Of a stretch of 64,000 nt of DNA, positions 28,539-40,972 are shown in pieces. Source of the DNA: Antedon mediterranea (Eukaryota; Animalia; Echinodermata); NCBI RefSeq assembly GCF_964355755.1, contig NC_092674.1, forward strand, positions 13,516,001-13,580,000. The letters run 5' to 3'. Position 1 is the first letter of the stretch. Each line of letters starts with the position of its first letter. A program made the translations under genes and the position numbers. The notes under the pieces were generated by a model that did no database searches, was not told where the DNA came from, and saw only the letters and a list, made by a program, of their open reading frames with translations.

Positions 28539-30603
28539 CTAGCAATTATACCCGCCCCAAGCCGGGTTTCAAAATTAGTTTAAAGCCTTCTCTGTACATA
28601 ACACCCGACGCCAGTATCTCCGTATACGCACCAACCTCCACCCCTTAATAACACCCCACACTCTTTCCAGTGAAGGACAAATTCAATTAAACTTTAGCTT
28701 CAAATTGAGAGGGCATACATAATAGCTATGATAGGCATATGGCTTAAGTACGTTGTAAACTATGTAAATGAGTAGGTGTTATATTGGCTGATAATTAAAA
28801 TATATAATGTTGATACTGCGGTCCCCCGGTCTTCTTTCTCCTCTCACCATCGCAGCCGCAATTAACAAACCTTACCTCCTCCCCTGGACAGTTCAAATAT
28901 AGGCCTAGTAAGTTTTCGTAGTACAATTCAATCATATAGGCCTAGGCTACTTCATTACGCCAGTATTTTCTCTCCTCTTCCCAACCCACCCCAGAAACCG
29001 GGTAATGTTTTTAAGACGGTTCCAGTACAAATTATTTTAGCCATCACTCCCAACCCATAATCCCTCAGTGGCAGTTTTCAAATGTAGTTTAAAACATTCC
29101 CAGTTTCGGTCATGGTGATAGGCCAACATCCTCACCCAAAAATCCCAGCCGTTTCCCAGGAATAATTAAATACTGTAACATTTTCCCTCCACAATTCTGG
29201 TCAATTTGATAGCCTACTATTCTTAGCCTAAGCAAAATCCCCACTATCCCCAACGCGATTTATTTTTCGTACATAAGTTGGGGACCCCCTCATGAAACGT
29301 CACAAAATAAACATGAATAATTCATCAGTTAAATTTTCTTGCTCCGTGTGCACCCAAGCGTATAAAAGAATAGCGGCGTTTTGTGTGGAATTTTGAAATA
29401 ATCTGTCATTAGTTTTTGGTTTTTTTTTAATAGAATTTATTACTAAAGAATTACGTGTTAAAATTATAGTTTCTATTAATACTATTAGGCCTAATTATTA
29501 GTCTCTAAAGCTTGTATCTATTCTAGTAGTCTGTGTGGGTGTGTGTGTTACTGTTAGGTACTCCGAGTAATAAGTACACACAATTTATTCTCGTGTTCAT
29601 ATACGCGCATTTTTAAAGTTCCTTTGAGTACATGCATATTGTTTGATAATAAAATAACAGAATTAAAAAATTACAGTACACAAAATTATACACATTCTTT
29701 ATTCTCGTGTCTAAACTTTCTTTGGGCTATGACCAATACTACTTAGTTGCATGTGTCTTGCCTAGCTGTCGATTAGTCTCGACACATTTTGCACAGTGGT
29801 AGTGTGTGTGTGAAGACTCCTCAAGAGTGCGCCAAGGCAATCACGTGAATCCTAGGCCTAGGAAGAATCGTATCGCAGTTGTAATAATTGCTATACGCTT
29901 GGGTGCACACGGAACAACAAATCATGAGGGGTCCCCAACTCATGTACGAAAAAAAAATCGCATCCCTAACAGCCTATCTCCACTACTCCTAGCCTAAGCA
30001 AAATCACCACTATCCCCTGAACCCCAACCGTATCCCCCAACGCCCCTCTACCACAATGGGCGTTTTTTCCTTGGAGGCATGGTGATGTAGTTGAACACAG
30101 TAACAGTAAAGAACGTGTATATGTTCACACAGGAATGGATGTATTCAAATACTGTAAAACTGTTGTAGTATAATTTTACAATTCGATAGCCTACAACCAC
30201 GAGCCCTAGCAAAAATGACATCACAAACCACCAGACCCACCCCCCTCCCACAAAAACCCCAGGAGTCGGGGGAATAAATGTAGTTTATAACCTTCCGGGT
30301 ACAATTGCCATCATTTTGATATCCCATATGTATGGTTACATGCAGAAACAGAAATTTGTATAACGAACAATCATCGAAAGTGGGGGTTTTGACCACATTT
30401 TGGTCCCTAACTTGGATCCTAGGTGGTGGATGATGTTCAAATATAGCTTAGAACATTCCCGGTTCAATTGCGGTCATTTTGATACCCCATATGTAAGATT
30501 ACGTGCAGTAAAAACAATTTGTATAATGAACAAACAAACAAACAGACAGACAGACAGACAGACAGACGTACAAACTCTCTCTCTCTCCGTTTATCCAGTA
30601 GGA
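28539..30603 (-). mobile_element. Non-autonomous Helitron
   Basis: Minus strand starts A|TCCTACT followed by (tctg)n/(tttg)n microsatellite; ends with hairpin acccg-gcttgggg-cgggt, 8 nt, then CTAG|T; no TSD. Confidence 0.75.
29255..29961. mobile_element. Mutator (MULE)-like MITE nested in the Helitron
   Basis: About 40-bp TIR gcgattt..tttcgtacatragttggggacccc..tcatg; 9-bp TSD atccccaac / atccctaac; related left-end fragment at ~19257-19350. Confidence 0.75.
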
Positions 30604-30984
30604 TTCACTCAGCTGTGTTGGCATGATACTTCTATCACTGTGACCATACTTGAAATGAGTATCTTGAATAACGAAATCAGCAACAGTTGGTCCCATAGAA
30701 ATGAAAATCGGTTGCTTTTTAGTCGGCTGGAATTATATTGCTTTTACGGCCACAAAAAGTGTCAGTACTCTGGTTTTCAGTGTGAACCACAAAAACATCT
30801 ACCCTTGCGCGTGTACTTTTCGCGGAAAAATATTTGGACGTTTAGCTCAGCACATAAATTCCTGATTAAAAGTATAAATTCGCGTTACAGTGTACTACAT
30901 CGACGGTCGAAAATAACCGTTGAACAAAAGGTCATGTAGCTAGATCATTACATAATCTTCAACACGCCAGTTAATTCATAGGAC

Positions 30985-31020
30985 CATGGAGAAATAAGTT
31001 AGCTAACTTATTTCTCCATG
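30985..31020. repeat. 36-bp perfect palindromic insertion with 7-bp TSD
   Basis: CATGGAGAAATAAGTTAG|CTAACTTATTTCTCCATG, flanked by ataggac / atagaac; the paralogous empty site has a single atagaac at 25355-25361. Confidence 0.75.
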
Positions 31021-32105
31021 ATAGAACAAAAGAGTCTAACACAATTATCGGGTCCTGAGTTGTAGGTCCAACTTGTAAAAGAAATATAAAGTTGGTTGAG
31101 TATGTTTCAATGTTTCGGAAGCTTTACTGTACTTGTTTATCTTTAAACTGCGTCATCATTTTTTTTTTTCAGATTGAACTTAACTGATTTTAAATCAATT
31201 GGAGCTCATCAGTTATACATTATAATGATTTCAGATTTGACAAAATAATTAAAACTGATTACATTAAATGTTTTAATATTTACATAAACAATGGTACGAA
31301 GACGTAAACTTATTGTGAGCTTCTGCATTTAAATTATATTATTAAGAGGTTAATTAGGCCTATTTCAAATAACAGTTCCGAATAATTGGATGTGTTGCTT
31401 ATTCTCGAAATTGTCTTTTATTTCAAACTCACATAAACGGGCAATGAAATCTCCGTTATTAAACACATTATGTTAAGCTTATTCAGTATTATTTAATAGT
31501 ATTATTCAATTATTTATATATATATGTGTTGTTCCTTTTTCTTCTTCTTTTTACTTGATTAGATAAAACATGTTAGTGAGAAAATGCCAATATTTTAGTT
31601 AACATTTATCATCTAATGATATCATTTTAAGTAAACCCACAAATTGCACTTTTTATGTATACTTAAATAGGTTGTTATTTTCGCATATTTGTTGCTGTTA
31701 AAATAATAAATATTTCACATAAAAAAACTTTCCAAAAACAGTGGTACACAACAATGACGACAAAAAAGATGTGAAAACAAACTCTATTTTACGTTCTTGT
31801 CTGTTGGAAGAAAAGGTGCGTTATGTGCAAAGGTAAAATAAAAAAAAGATATTTCAAAACCAGTGTTACACTGTAAAAATGATTTCGGAAAAGACACAAA
31901 TAAAGCATTAATCAGCAATTATCACTGTCTACTCATTAACCAAACTACTGCACCAAACGCGCCGCAAAGCAAATATTCAATTCACAGTCATTCATTTTTT
32001 ATTTTTTTTTAAATAATGTATGTACTATGAAAACATTTCTTCTGGTTTCGATTCGTATAATGATATAAGTAGTTATTTGATAGTAAACCAATAAAACTTA
32101 CGTTG

Positions 32106-32149
32106 GCAAGACAGTTTCGTCTAGCTGTCAGCTTGACTTCTTCAGTTGC
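32106..32149 (-). ncRNA. Minimal type I hammerhead ribozyme in the Penelope terminal repeat
   Basis: Minus strand reads gcaa-CUGAAGA-a-[guc aagcugacagcua gac]-GAAAC-u-GUC-uugc: conserved core, stem I gcaa/uugc, stem II, vestigial stem III, GUC cleavage triplet. Confidence 0.75.
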
Positions 32150-33381
32150 TATGATGCATGTTGTCTCCGACTGGTCTCCTTTCCAGCCACTATATGTTTT
32201 TCTTGTGTAGCCTAGGGGACCAGTCGTCGTCAGAAGCTGATCGTAAATGTGAGATAGTTGGTGCGCGCCTTCGTCTCTATTCATCTTTGTATTTTTATTT
32301 TGCTTTCTTATGCTGATGCTTTCTTTAATTTTACGTTTAAGCCAAACTTGTTCTTTGTGTAGTACCCTGTTAGGTATGTGGTTGTGTGTGGTCATATGGT
32401 CCGTGATTGCTGATTTATGTAAAATGGAGGACGAAACTTTCCGTGATGCACGCGTCTGTATGTCCTGTGTATTTTCCTCAACATCTTTCTTGTGTTATTT
32501 AATTCTGGTTTTGAGTGCCCTACCCGTTTCCCCAATGTACACCATCTCACAGTTGGTGCAACCCACTTTGCAGACAACACCACAGGAATCCTCTTTGCAT
32601 GCTTTATCTTTCGGTCGGACGATTAAGTTTTTAATTTTGTTAGATGGTTTAAAGTATGTTCGTATGTTATATTTTTTTAATGTTCTCTTGATTTTCTCTG
32701 ACAGGCCTTGAATATATGGGATGGATATCGACCCTCTTATGTCTTCTGTTTCGGGTTGTGTGTCCGTTTTTTGTTTATCTTAGTTTACGTTGTACCTTTC
32801 TAATCGTCCATGTAGGGTAGTTACATTGTTTAAGTGAAGTATGTATCATCTTAGTTTCGTTCTGTTTGTCTGCATTATTTGTGATTATCGTGTTATATCT
32901 GTGTAGAAGTGTGCGGATAACGGATAACTTGTGTTGTAGAAGATGAAGAAACTTTAGTGTTGATGTTGCCTTCCCCATCAACTAAAATTAGCGTATCCAA
33001 GAATGGGATAGAGTTGTCTGTTAAGGACATTTCTTCGCAAGTGAAATTAATGTCATCATCGATTTTGTTTAAGTGTTGTAATAATGGTTGTGTCGCATCC
33101 TTGGGAATTATTGTTATAATGCCATCTACATACCTTTTCCATATCCTCGGTTTTATGTCGGTGTGAGCTGTAGTTATTGCCTCATTTTCCAGCCATTCCA
33201 TAAATTAATAAATTCGCAACAATCGGAGAACATGGACTACCCATGGCCATACCTGAATTTTGCTGGTAGATATCCCCTCTGAAGCTGAAATATGTGGTGG
33301 TGAGTACCAATTGAAGCAATTCCATAATGTCGTTGATATGTAACCACGTTCTCTCTGATAGTTGTTTATCACAGTGTAAGC

Positions 33382-35269
33382 CAGGCCCGTAGCCAGGGGT
33401 TTTTTTGGGGTTCGGGCGAACCCCCCTTTTTGCGCGAACCCCCCTTTTACCAGCGAACCCCCCTTGAAAAACAAAGGCCCCACTTCCAAAATCGTGCAAT
33501 TAATTATCAATTATAGCAGATTTTTTGGTCATTTTACTTCTATTGACTATGTTTAAATCGATCGAATATACAGATTGTCCGATGTCAAAGTCACTGCTGA
33601 GCGTGAGATCGAGAGATTGTTGAGAGATGATGGTTATAAATATGACAAAAAATGGACTGACCAATCGCGTGCTTCGGCCGGGCTTTTCGGAACGCACAAG
33701 ATCACGTTCAGTTCAGTTCAATCTTTTTGGGGATTTTTATTTTTTTCCTGGAAATATTTTTCATTAAACCAAAGAATTTCACTGTGTAAACTTGAATAAA
33801 AATGGTTAAATTGGTACGTGTACATTTATATTTCGGTGTATAAGACGCACTTTTGACACGCAAATTTGACCTCTAAATGTTACCCTAATTAATTTAATTA
33901 CCTACTAATACTTAAATTACTTAAAAATAGTGTACTACTCTGCAATGTAGGCCTAGCTAGCTACTCACTCCTGTCTAACCACAGTGTGGTAACAAGTTTA
34001 TTGAATTTTTAGTTAAGGTAAATTGTCATCCTCGACTGTATTAATTAATATTACAGTAGCCTACGCATTAGATATTCTACCCAAGCCTAGTAATACTCTC
34101 TGAACTCGCGGGTGTGTATTCTAGCAGCATGCAGCATCACAGCGCAACACATTTATGGAAGAGTCCATTAATTACGGTGGTGTCACATTTTAATTACACA
34201 ATAAATATTTCCCTTGATCACGGTGGTTTATTTTTATTACATCTCTATGTCAACAATCACATAATTTTATAATCATGTAGGCAATAGTTTGTATGTCAAG
34301 CGATATCTAAAAGAGTGTGTTGTTATTGTGTTAAGTAGCTTCCCCTAATCTCATAGTGTATATGGCCAACAGTGCTGGCCACCAGGCAAGGAGCACATGG
34401 TTAGTGCTCTCCTCTCCTCATATTGCTGTAATGCATGCATGGAAATAGGAAAGATTTTCATATAGGCCTACCCAACATGATATTCCTGGTTCATTATCAG
34501 CCCAAAAAACTGAACATCATATGGATTGATTTTATAATGGTCATACACACAATAAGAAGGTATATATTTAAATAATATGAAATTAAAGTTACTTAAATAG
34601 ACATAGGCTAGCCCTACCCACACAGTGCATCGTAACTGAAACAATATGGGGATTTCCCTTTTCATTGAACGTTCAGTTGAAGTAGAGACTGATTACGATG
34701 TAATAAAGGCAATCAAACAAAATTATATCATTTGATTCTAATAAAATATCGTTGTTTTATTATTAAAATACCATTGTTTTGATTGTAAAATGTTTAAATT
34801 TCGGCCTAGAAATAAGTGCGTCTTATGCATCGACTACATAAAAAATACTAATATTTCAGTCTCCGTTATGGGTGCGTCTTATACACTGGTGCGACTTGTA
34901 CACCGAAATATACGGTACTATTTGTTTTTTATGTTTATAGGATAAGAAATTATTTAAGGGCCTAATATAATATACTTTTTTGCAACAAAAAAGCTGTATT
35001 TCATGATCAGTACTACTAACTTCCATGATACTGTACTATATAATTTCTCTGCATAGCTCAGATTTTAGTAGGTAAAAAATGTCTCTGTAAGCTTATTAAA
35101 ACAACCGAAATTGCTCTGAGAGCCAAAGCTTCCAGGGGGCGAAGGCCCCTGGACCCCGACCGGGGGCCCTTGGCGGCCCCCTGGCCCCCCGCCTACAGTT
35201 GCTCGCTGCGCTCGCAAAATACTTGGTGTCAAGAAAACCCCCCTCTGATGCATTCTGGCTACGGGCCTG
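33382..35269. mobile_element. Non-autonomous hAT-like element with 5-bp TSD (hAT5-type)
   Basis: 15-bp TIR CAGGCCCGTAGCCAG / CTGGCTACGGGCCTG; TSD taagc; removal restores Penelope RT frame EERL-HCDK; subterminal gaacccccc repeats. Confidence 0.8.
33821..34917. mobile_element. pogo/Tigger-like MITE nested in the hAT-like element
   Basis: Inverted ends tatatttcggtgtataagacgcac / gtgcgacttgtacaccgaaatatacgg|ta; left end degraded. Confidence 0.65.
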
Positions 35270-38200
35270 TAAGCGTTCTTCAATTATTTTGAGAGACTTG
35301 TTGACTGGTGTTTTGGTAAATAATGACACTACATCATAAGAGACCAATGTTTCATTTGGCTGTAACTATCAAAGAACTACTTATATCATTAATGTATGTA
35401 TTGTTTTATATTATTGTAATATTCGATGTTTTTTTTTTACTATTATAATGCCAATTATTATCCTATTGGAAATAAGGATTTAGTCGAAACCAGCCTAGTA
35501 ATTTGAATTTGTACGCCTGGTATCATTCTCAGACCCCTTCTTTTACAACCATAGGGTCTAATAAAATTTCGAAGGTACTCTGACACTAGATTATCCGAAT
35601 TATGAACATTCAAATGTCTTAAATTGAATTCTATAATTTATTATAAAGGAAGCCAATGAAGTTCGAAAGGAAGAGGTCCCGCTCTAACACTTAGTAACAT
35701 CTCAAATATAACCTATCGTTTTGTAATATTTTCAGTTTTTTACCAAAGATACCAACAAACTGCGTGTTACATTAGTCCAGTCTATAAAGGAACCAGTCGC
35801 ATCAGCGCACGTCGTATATTACCTTAAACAGTTCTCATTCTGCATAGACCTCTTGCTCATCCTCTAGTAAGTATGGACGATGAATTGTTTGAAAAAAACC
35901 TCGGTTACCATATAATTATTGCAGTGCTTGCTATTCGTTAAAATAAACCTAATCTGTTTGTCAGTGTCTATTTTAGACTATATAAGATGAGGAAGATTTT
36001 AAGAACCATGCTTATTATTCGGGGCGGGGTGGGTATTAGGGGTTGAGGCTTTCATTCGCGGGAGACATTTGTTGGTAAAATTTCATAATAAATACATTTT
36101 GTTGTTTATGTCCTTTATTACTGAATGTTAATTTCATTGATATGTATTGCTTTTGCTATCTGAGTGTTAAGTAAATGTATTTGTATGGGGCAAACCTTTA
36201 TCTAACGAAATCTTCTCCAATTTGCTTTTGCTATTGGTGAATAAAGGAAAAAAATCGTGAACACTAAACTTAAGGATGTTACCACTACTACTACTCATCC
36301 TTCTTTATTTTAGCTCTCGTAATATAAAATCTTCTTTGACTGTACTTGAAAAAAATCCCTAAGATATGGGATATACATACCGCACATATCTACGTCAGGA
36401 AAAGACAATGTAAGTCGCTTTGTACAAAGGTGAACCTTTTTCATGATGTAACTGCTGCTGTCAGTATGCTGTTATTTACGTACCTAATAGAGCAACACCT
36501 TCCCCGCGATTAAGTGTACATTTAATGAAGAAAGAACAATACTTAAAACTGTTACGTAAAAAAGGCGAGCGGCGTTTATAGTCCAAAGGAGAGTTTGTCC
36601 AGATGTTTTAATGACCATTTAGTTTATAATAGAATCCCTAAAGAAAACACTTAGCTTAATTTTGTGACTTTCCCATCGTTAAACCAGGAGTGATCGACAC
36701 TATTTAAGTACAGATTTGACAGTGTCATCCATCACAGAAATACCTTATTAAACCGTTAATCACTCCCACTTAAACACCCCTGGATCAACTTAGGACCAAT
36801 CGTTACCCTCACAGATGATGTAATGACATTATGCAAATAAACTGAGCCAACATACTCCCAAGTTTCAGAAGGGCCCAGACACACCTTACAGCCATTTCAC
36901 GGAGCACACACCTCACAGCCACTTCTTCAGAAGCAGACCTACACACACAACACCTCACTGACAGCATCATTGATTGTCCGTTCCTTATCTATACTTATAG
37001 TTGTATATTGTACTGAAGTATTATACTGAATAAATAATATATGTGTTACGACAGTCAAGCGAGTTAGAGTCTTTCATTAGTACCTCAACAACGCAACATT
37101 ATATTACAATAGTATAATATTCAATTGTTTGGTGTATATCACTGTTATGAGTCCAGGTAAGCACAACTGTGACATCTATTGTGTATGTATACCTTCTGAT
37201 CATTTTGAGACCAAAATTTACTCGCTGTGACCAGTGGTTGCCGAGATACAAATACCTATTTGTGTTTATTCATATAACCCCTGGCCTTGACCTTTTGACC
37301 TTTTTTAACATTGTTCAAAATGTGTAAAAAATAACTAAATGTATATTTCGAACAATTTGAGCCCAAATTCAAGTCTCTACGGCCAATAGTTACGGAGATA
37401 AATACATGCCCTGGGTTGTGGGCCAAAGGTCAAAAATGGCATTTCCGGTCATTTTAAACTAAAATGTCCCATTAGACTGAATATAAATGTATACCTTCTG
37501 ATCAATTTGAGACCAAAATTACTTCGCTCTGACCACTGGTTGTTGAGATTTAAGGACATATTGGTGTTTGGTCTTATGACCTTTCACCCTGACCTTTTGA
37601 CCTTTCGCCACATTTTCAAAATGTGTAACCAAGCCAAAAATGATTGTTTGACCGCCCTAAACCAATTTCTGAAGTCAAATTCTCTGGACCTCAAAGTGCA
37701 TACGAAAGCTGATCTAGCTACGGTACTAGAGTATAAAGGAGAGGCGAATTTTTTCGAAGTCGCCAAACCTTTCCTTAGCAGTCAGAACGTAACGTTAAAA
37801 CTAAAATTACAGTTGCTGAAAAACTACTTATCCAAAACGCTGTATTTTTTCACGAAATGTAAGAGTTATTATCCCTTATTTTTAATATGTAAATGTATTT
37901 AAGATTACGGTACAGGATTCTTTATATAAGTAGTTTTAAAATACTTGGTTTATTTTAAAACCACCATCGTGGTTTTGCCGTGTTGGCGGACTCGTCCATT
38001 TTACTAATAGGAATAGGATTGTAGCACATTTATATAAAACGTTGAATTTGACCTATACGGTTTCCATTTCTGTTTTCTAATGTAAAATTAAAATTATATT
38101 ATTAGTATCTCTATGTAATATATTCATATTGTACTGTACTAGTTAGAATCTACATACCGTTATACTGCACTTTGTTTTGGTGATTTTTTAATGAAATTTT

Positions 38201-38699
38201 ATATGGAGTTGGTATACCATTGGTTCTACTAAAATTATTATTACTTTTATTTGTTTGTGTAATATTTGAAGATTGCTACAAAATAGAAATAATTTAAATA
38301 TAATATATTTAACAGATTAAGTGTACGCACTATGCCTATGGAACAGATTACATTTCGGACGTAGTTTAGTATGACACATCTGATATTCTATTGTTATAAT
38401 TATTTTGTTTTATTTATTGTAATGCGCCGTGTTCTTTATATCTGGGATTGTATATTGTTTTTCAATGAGCGTGTGGAGGATTCAGGTAATTTCTCTGAGT
38501 ATTAAAGCGTAACACCGCGGCTTTAAAATGTATATTGCTTATTATAAAATATAAACCTTTTAATCAACGTTGGTAATAACCGTGCCTAATTTTAGACAGC
38601 ACTCAGGCAAAAGTTTAGTAGCTTCTTTAAAAAAAAGTTGTTCTATAAGACAATACTACAGTCTGTACGCGTGTGAAGTGGAACTAATTCGCCTTAAAA

Positions 38700-40260
38700 C
38701 TGATACGTCAAAAAGGCGAGCGGCGTTTATTGTAAGTAATATTCTAGATGAATTAATATTATCAACATGCACAAGTACCTTAAATTGAATTCTACAATGT
38801 AAAGGATTCCAATGAAAAAAAAATGGTCCTGCTCTAAAACGTAGTGACAACTCAAATACAAGTTATTTGGTAAGATCTTGCTTGAAGGTATCCATTGCTT
38901 TAAAAGACAACGAAGTAAACTATCTTTGATAACTGACTTCCCAAAGTCAATATTAACCTTGACATGGTACCGGTGTTCCGAACCATAATAATGTGAGAGG
39001 TACGACCGCCATGCAGTTATCGACAGTACAGTCATCCTCGCTACAAATTACAGTATCTATAATTTATGACCCGCATTGTGGTTGGTTTATTTACCTATAT
39101 TATAACCGGCACGCCCATTAAATTGTAAATAAATACATTTTTTTAAATCACACTGAATTATATAGCACCTGTTATTAATAATATTTGTAACACTTACATT
39201 GTTTGGAAGATCCACTTTAGCACCTGCCTTGAGCAAAATAGTGCAAACGTCTGTGTGGCCCTCTTGTGCAGCTCCATTTAAAGGTGACCATCCATCCTGA
39301 AATAATAACACACATCATGTTATAGAAGTAGTAGTATAGTCTTCTACAAAAAGCTATTTAATATTGTATTCAATATGTGATCAAGTAAAACTAGCTTAAA
39401 CGCCAGGTGAGGGCAAACAAATTCTATTGATCTTGCATTCCAATATCTATAGTTTCCCCTATGTTTCACAATGTTTGTGATTTTATGTGTGTTACACGAG
39501 CTTGTTGAAAATATGCACTTTATTATCATGGGGGATAGTTCAAATTACACAATAAAATCTCTATTTATTTGTACACAAATGTTGTTAATAGAGAGGCAAT
39601 TTAAAAAAAAACTAAAAATAAAAAGTGTGGTAAAAAATGTTATCAGAGGACTAAATATAGATAATACTTCATAGTTTTATTTTCATGCTGTAGCAAAAAG
39701 TATCCACCGTATATCCACCATCTATCCACCATCTTTTTTCACCTTCTATAGAGTCACCGGGCATGTAATTACACTGTGTTAAACTACTTAACTACTGAAA
39801 AAAGTCTTACTGGTTTTTATAGCCGAATTTTACCAAATTTTGTATTTCACCATTTTAAGGGAAATTCACTTGTTTTCGTCTTGATGTCTATTACAATTAT
39901 TTGATTTATGTACAATTTACCAGATATTATATATAAAATTCATTCCTGTACCTAAGCTTTAATTTGAATAAAGATTATTAACCTTTGATGTTTTCTTTAA
40001 GATAATGTATTGTATATGCATGCATTTGTTTTGCTTGTATACTATTTTGTTATATAGTAGGGTACTTTTGTACGTAGCATTTATATTTTGCAAATTCGGT
40101 AAGAAATTGTGGTCCTTAATATGAAAGATGGTACTAGTTCTGCTTCCAGTTATTTTGCTACAATTATCAAAGAACCTATAGATACAGTGCACTGATTGGT
40201 TAATAGAATACTGTAGTTTGATACGGTTAGTGGAATTTTGCGACGGTTGAAAACTTCAAC
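38700..40260 (+). repeat. Exon-proximal cassette block (copy at 50355-50732 plus 58782-59930, split by EnSpm; more diverged copy at 19740-20250)
   Basis: Near-identical non-coding ORFs 38727..39035 vs 50409..50672 and 39959..40192 vs 59621..59857. Confidence 0.93.
39198..39296 (-). CDS. Internal exon encoding one ankyrin repeat (DGWSPLNGAAQEGHTDVCTILLKAGAKVDLPNN)
   Basis: 99 bp, open, tttcag acceptor and gtaagt donor; lies within ORF 39087..39311; paralog of the exon at 20041-20139, including flanking intron sequence. Confidence 0.9.
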
Positions 40261-40774
40261 CTTTAAGATATTTTGTTGGAGACATTGATATACGCACTGT
40301 CATATGGAACTTTTAAAGTTAAAACAGCCCCAAATCATATTATGATAAAGTGGTGTTTGCGTTTGAACTGGCAGTTACGACTAAAAATGTATCTAGGCCT
40401 CAAAACATGTTCAGATAACACATTTTGACTGCTGAATTCTCAACTATATGTTTCATTTTGCTGTTACTGGGAGAGAGGATACGTTTAAAAAAAATGTTTT
40501 GCCAAATCAAATGAATACGTCGATTCATATCCATTTTGTGTACCATTTTAATAAAATCGTGTTGCTATGTAGGCTACATCACAATATATACAAAAACAGA
40601 AAAATCATCATTAAAAAAACCATTCCCTAATTATTTAGTACTCTAAATGGTAAAAACTATTACGAAATCTATATGTATGAGGGGTGATGGACCGCTTCCT
40701 TGAACTTAAAAAATGAGATGGGTTGGGTCTTGCAAAATAAAATGTGTTTTCTTAATAAAGTGATCTCTAATCAA

Positions 40775-40972
40775 TCAAATTGAAAGTATACGTGAAGCAT
40801 AATTAACAATACATTTGAGTTCCAACGTATCCTTACATGTGGTCCCGGTAAACCATGCAACAATGATAAAAGTGAGAATACTCTCAATGACCGATTTATA
40901 AAAATAAAAGACGTAGGCCTGATGGGAGGTTAAACTATTTAAGTCTATGCAAACAGTAAAAACGTTGAGCAC
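40775..40972 (-). mobile_element. Old L2/Rex-type LINE relic that is part of the duplicated cassette (paralogs at ~20760-20990 and ~60400-60750)
   Basis: FYKSVIESILTFIIVAWF..KCIVNYASRIL resembles the post-RT region of LINE ORF2; present at the same position relative to all three ankyrin exons. Confidence 0.6.

Larger units (their letters stand above)
32025..35389 (-). mobile_element. Penelope-like retroelement (RT plus GIY-YIG), degenerate, interrupted by nested MITEs
   Basis: VSYDVVSLFTKTPV (35347), GMAMGSPCSPIVANL, WKRYVDG, IPFLDTLI and GVVCKVGCTNCEMVYIGETGRALKTRIKQH (GIY-YIG); flanking 11-bp direct repeat taatgtatgta at 32014-32024 and 35390-35400. Confidence 0.9.

Noticed and set aside
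30400-30939. 179-aa ORF
   Set aside because: It spans a microsatellite and the Helitron boundary, with no protein motifs.
36580-37108. Possible second solo LTR (aataaa, ..attaca end)
   Set aside because: No clear 5' TG end or TSD; left as unclassified repeat.
38727-39035. Duplicated 102-aa and 87-aa ORFs (also 50409..50672, 39959..40192, 59621..59857) as a small gene family
   Set aside because: They are intronic cassette DNA; more diverged copies (19740-19930, 44270-44450) have indels that destroy the frame.
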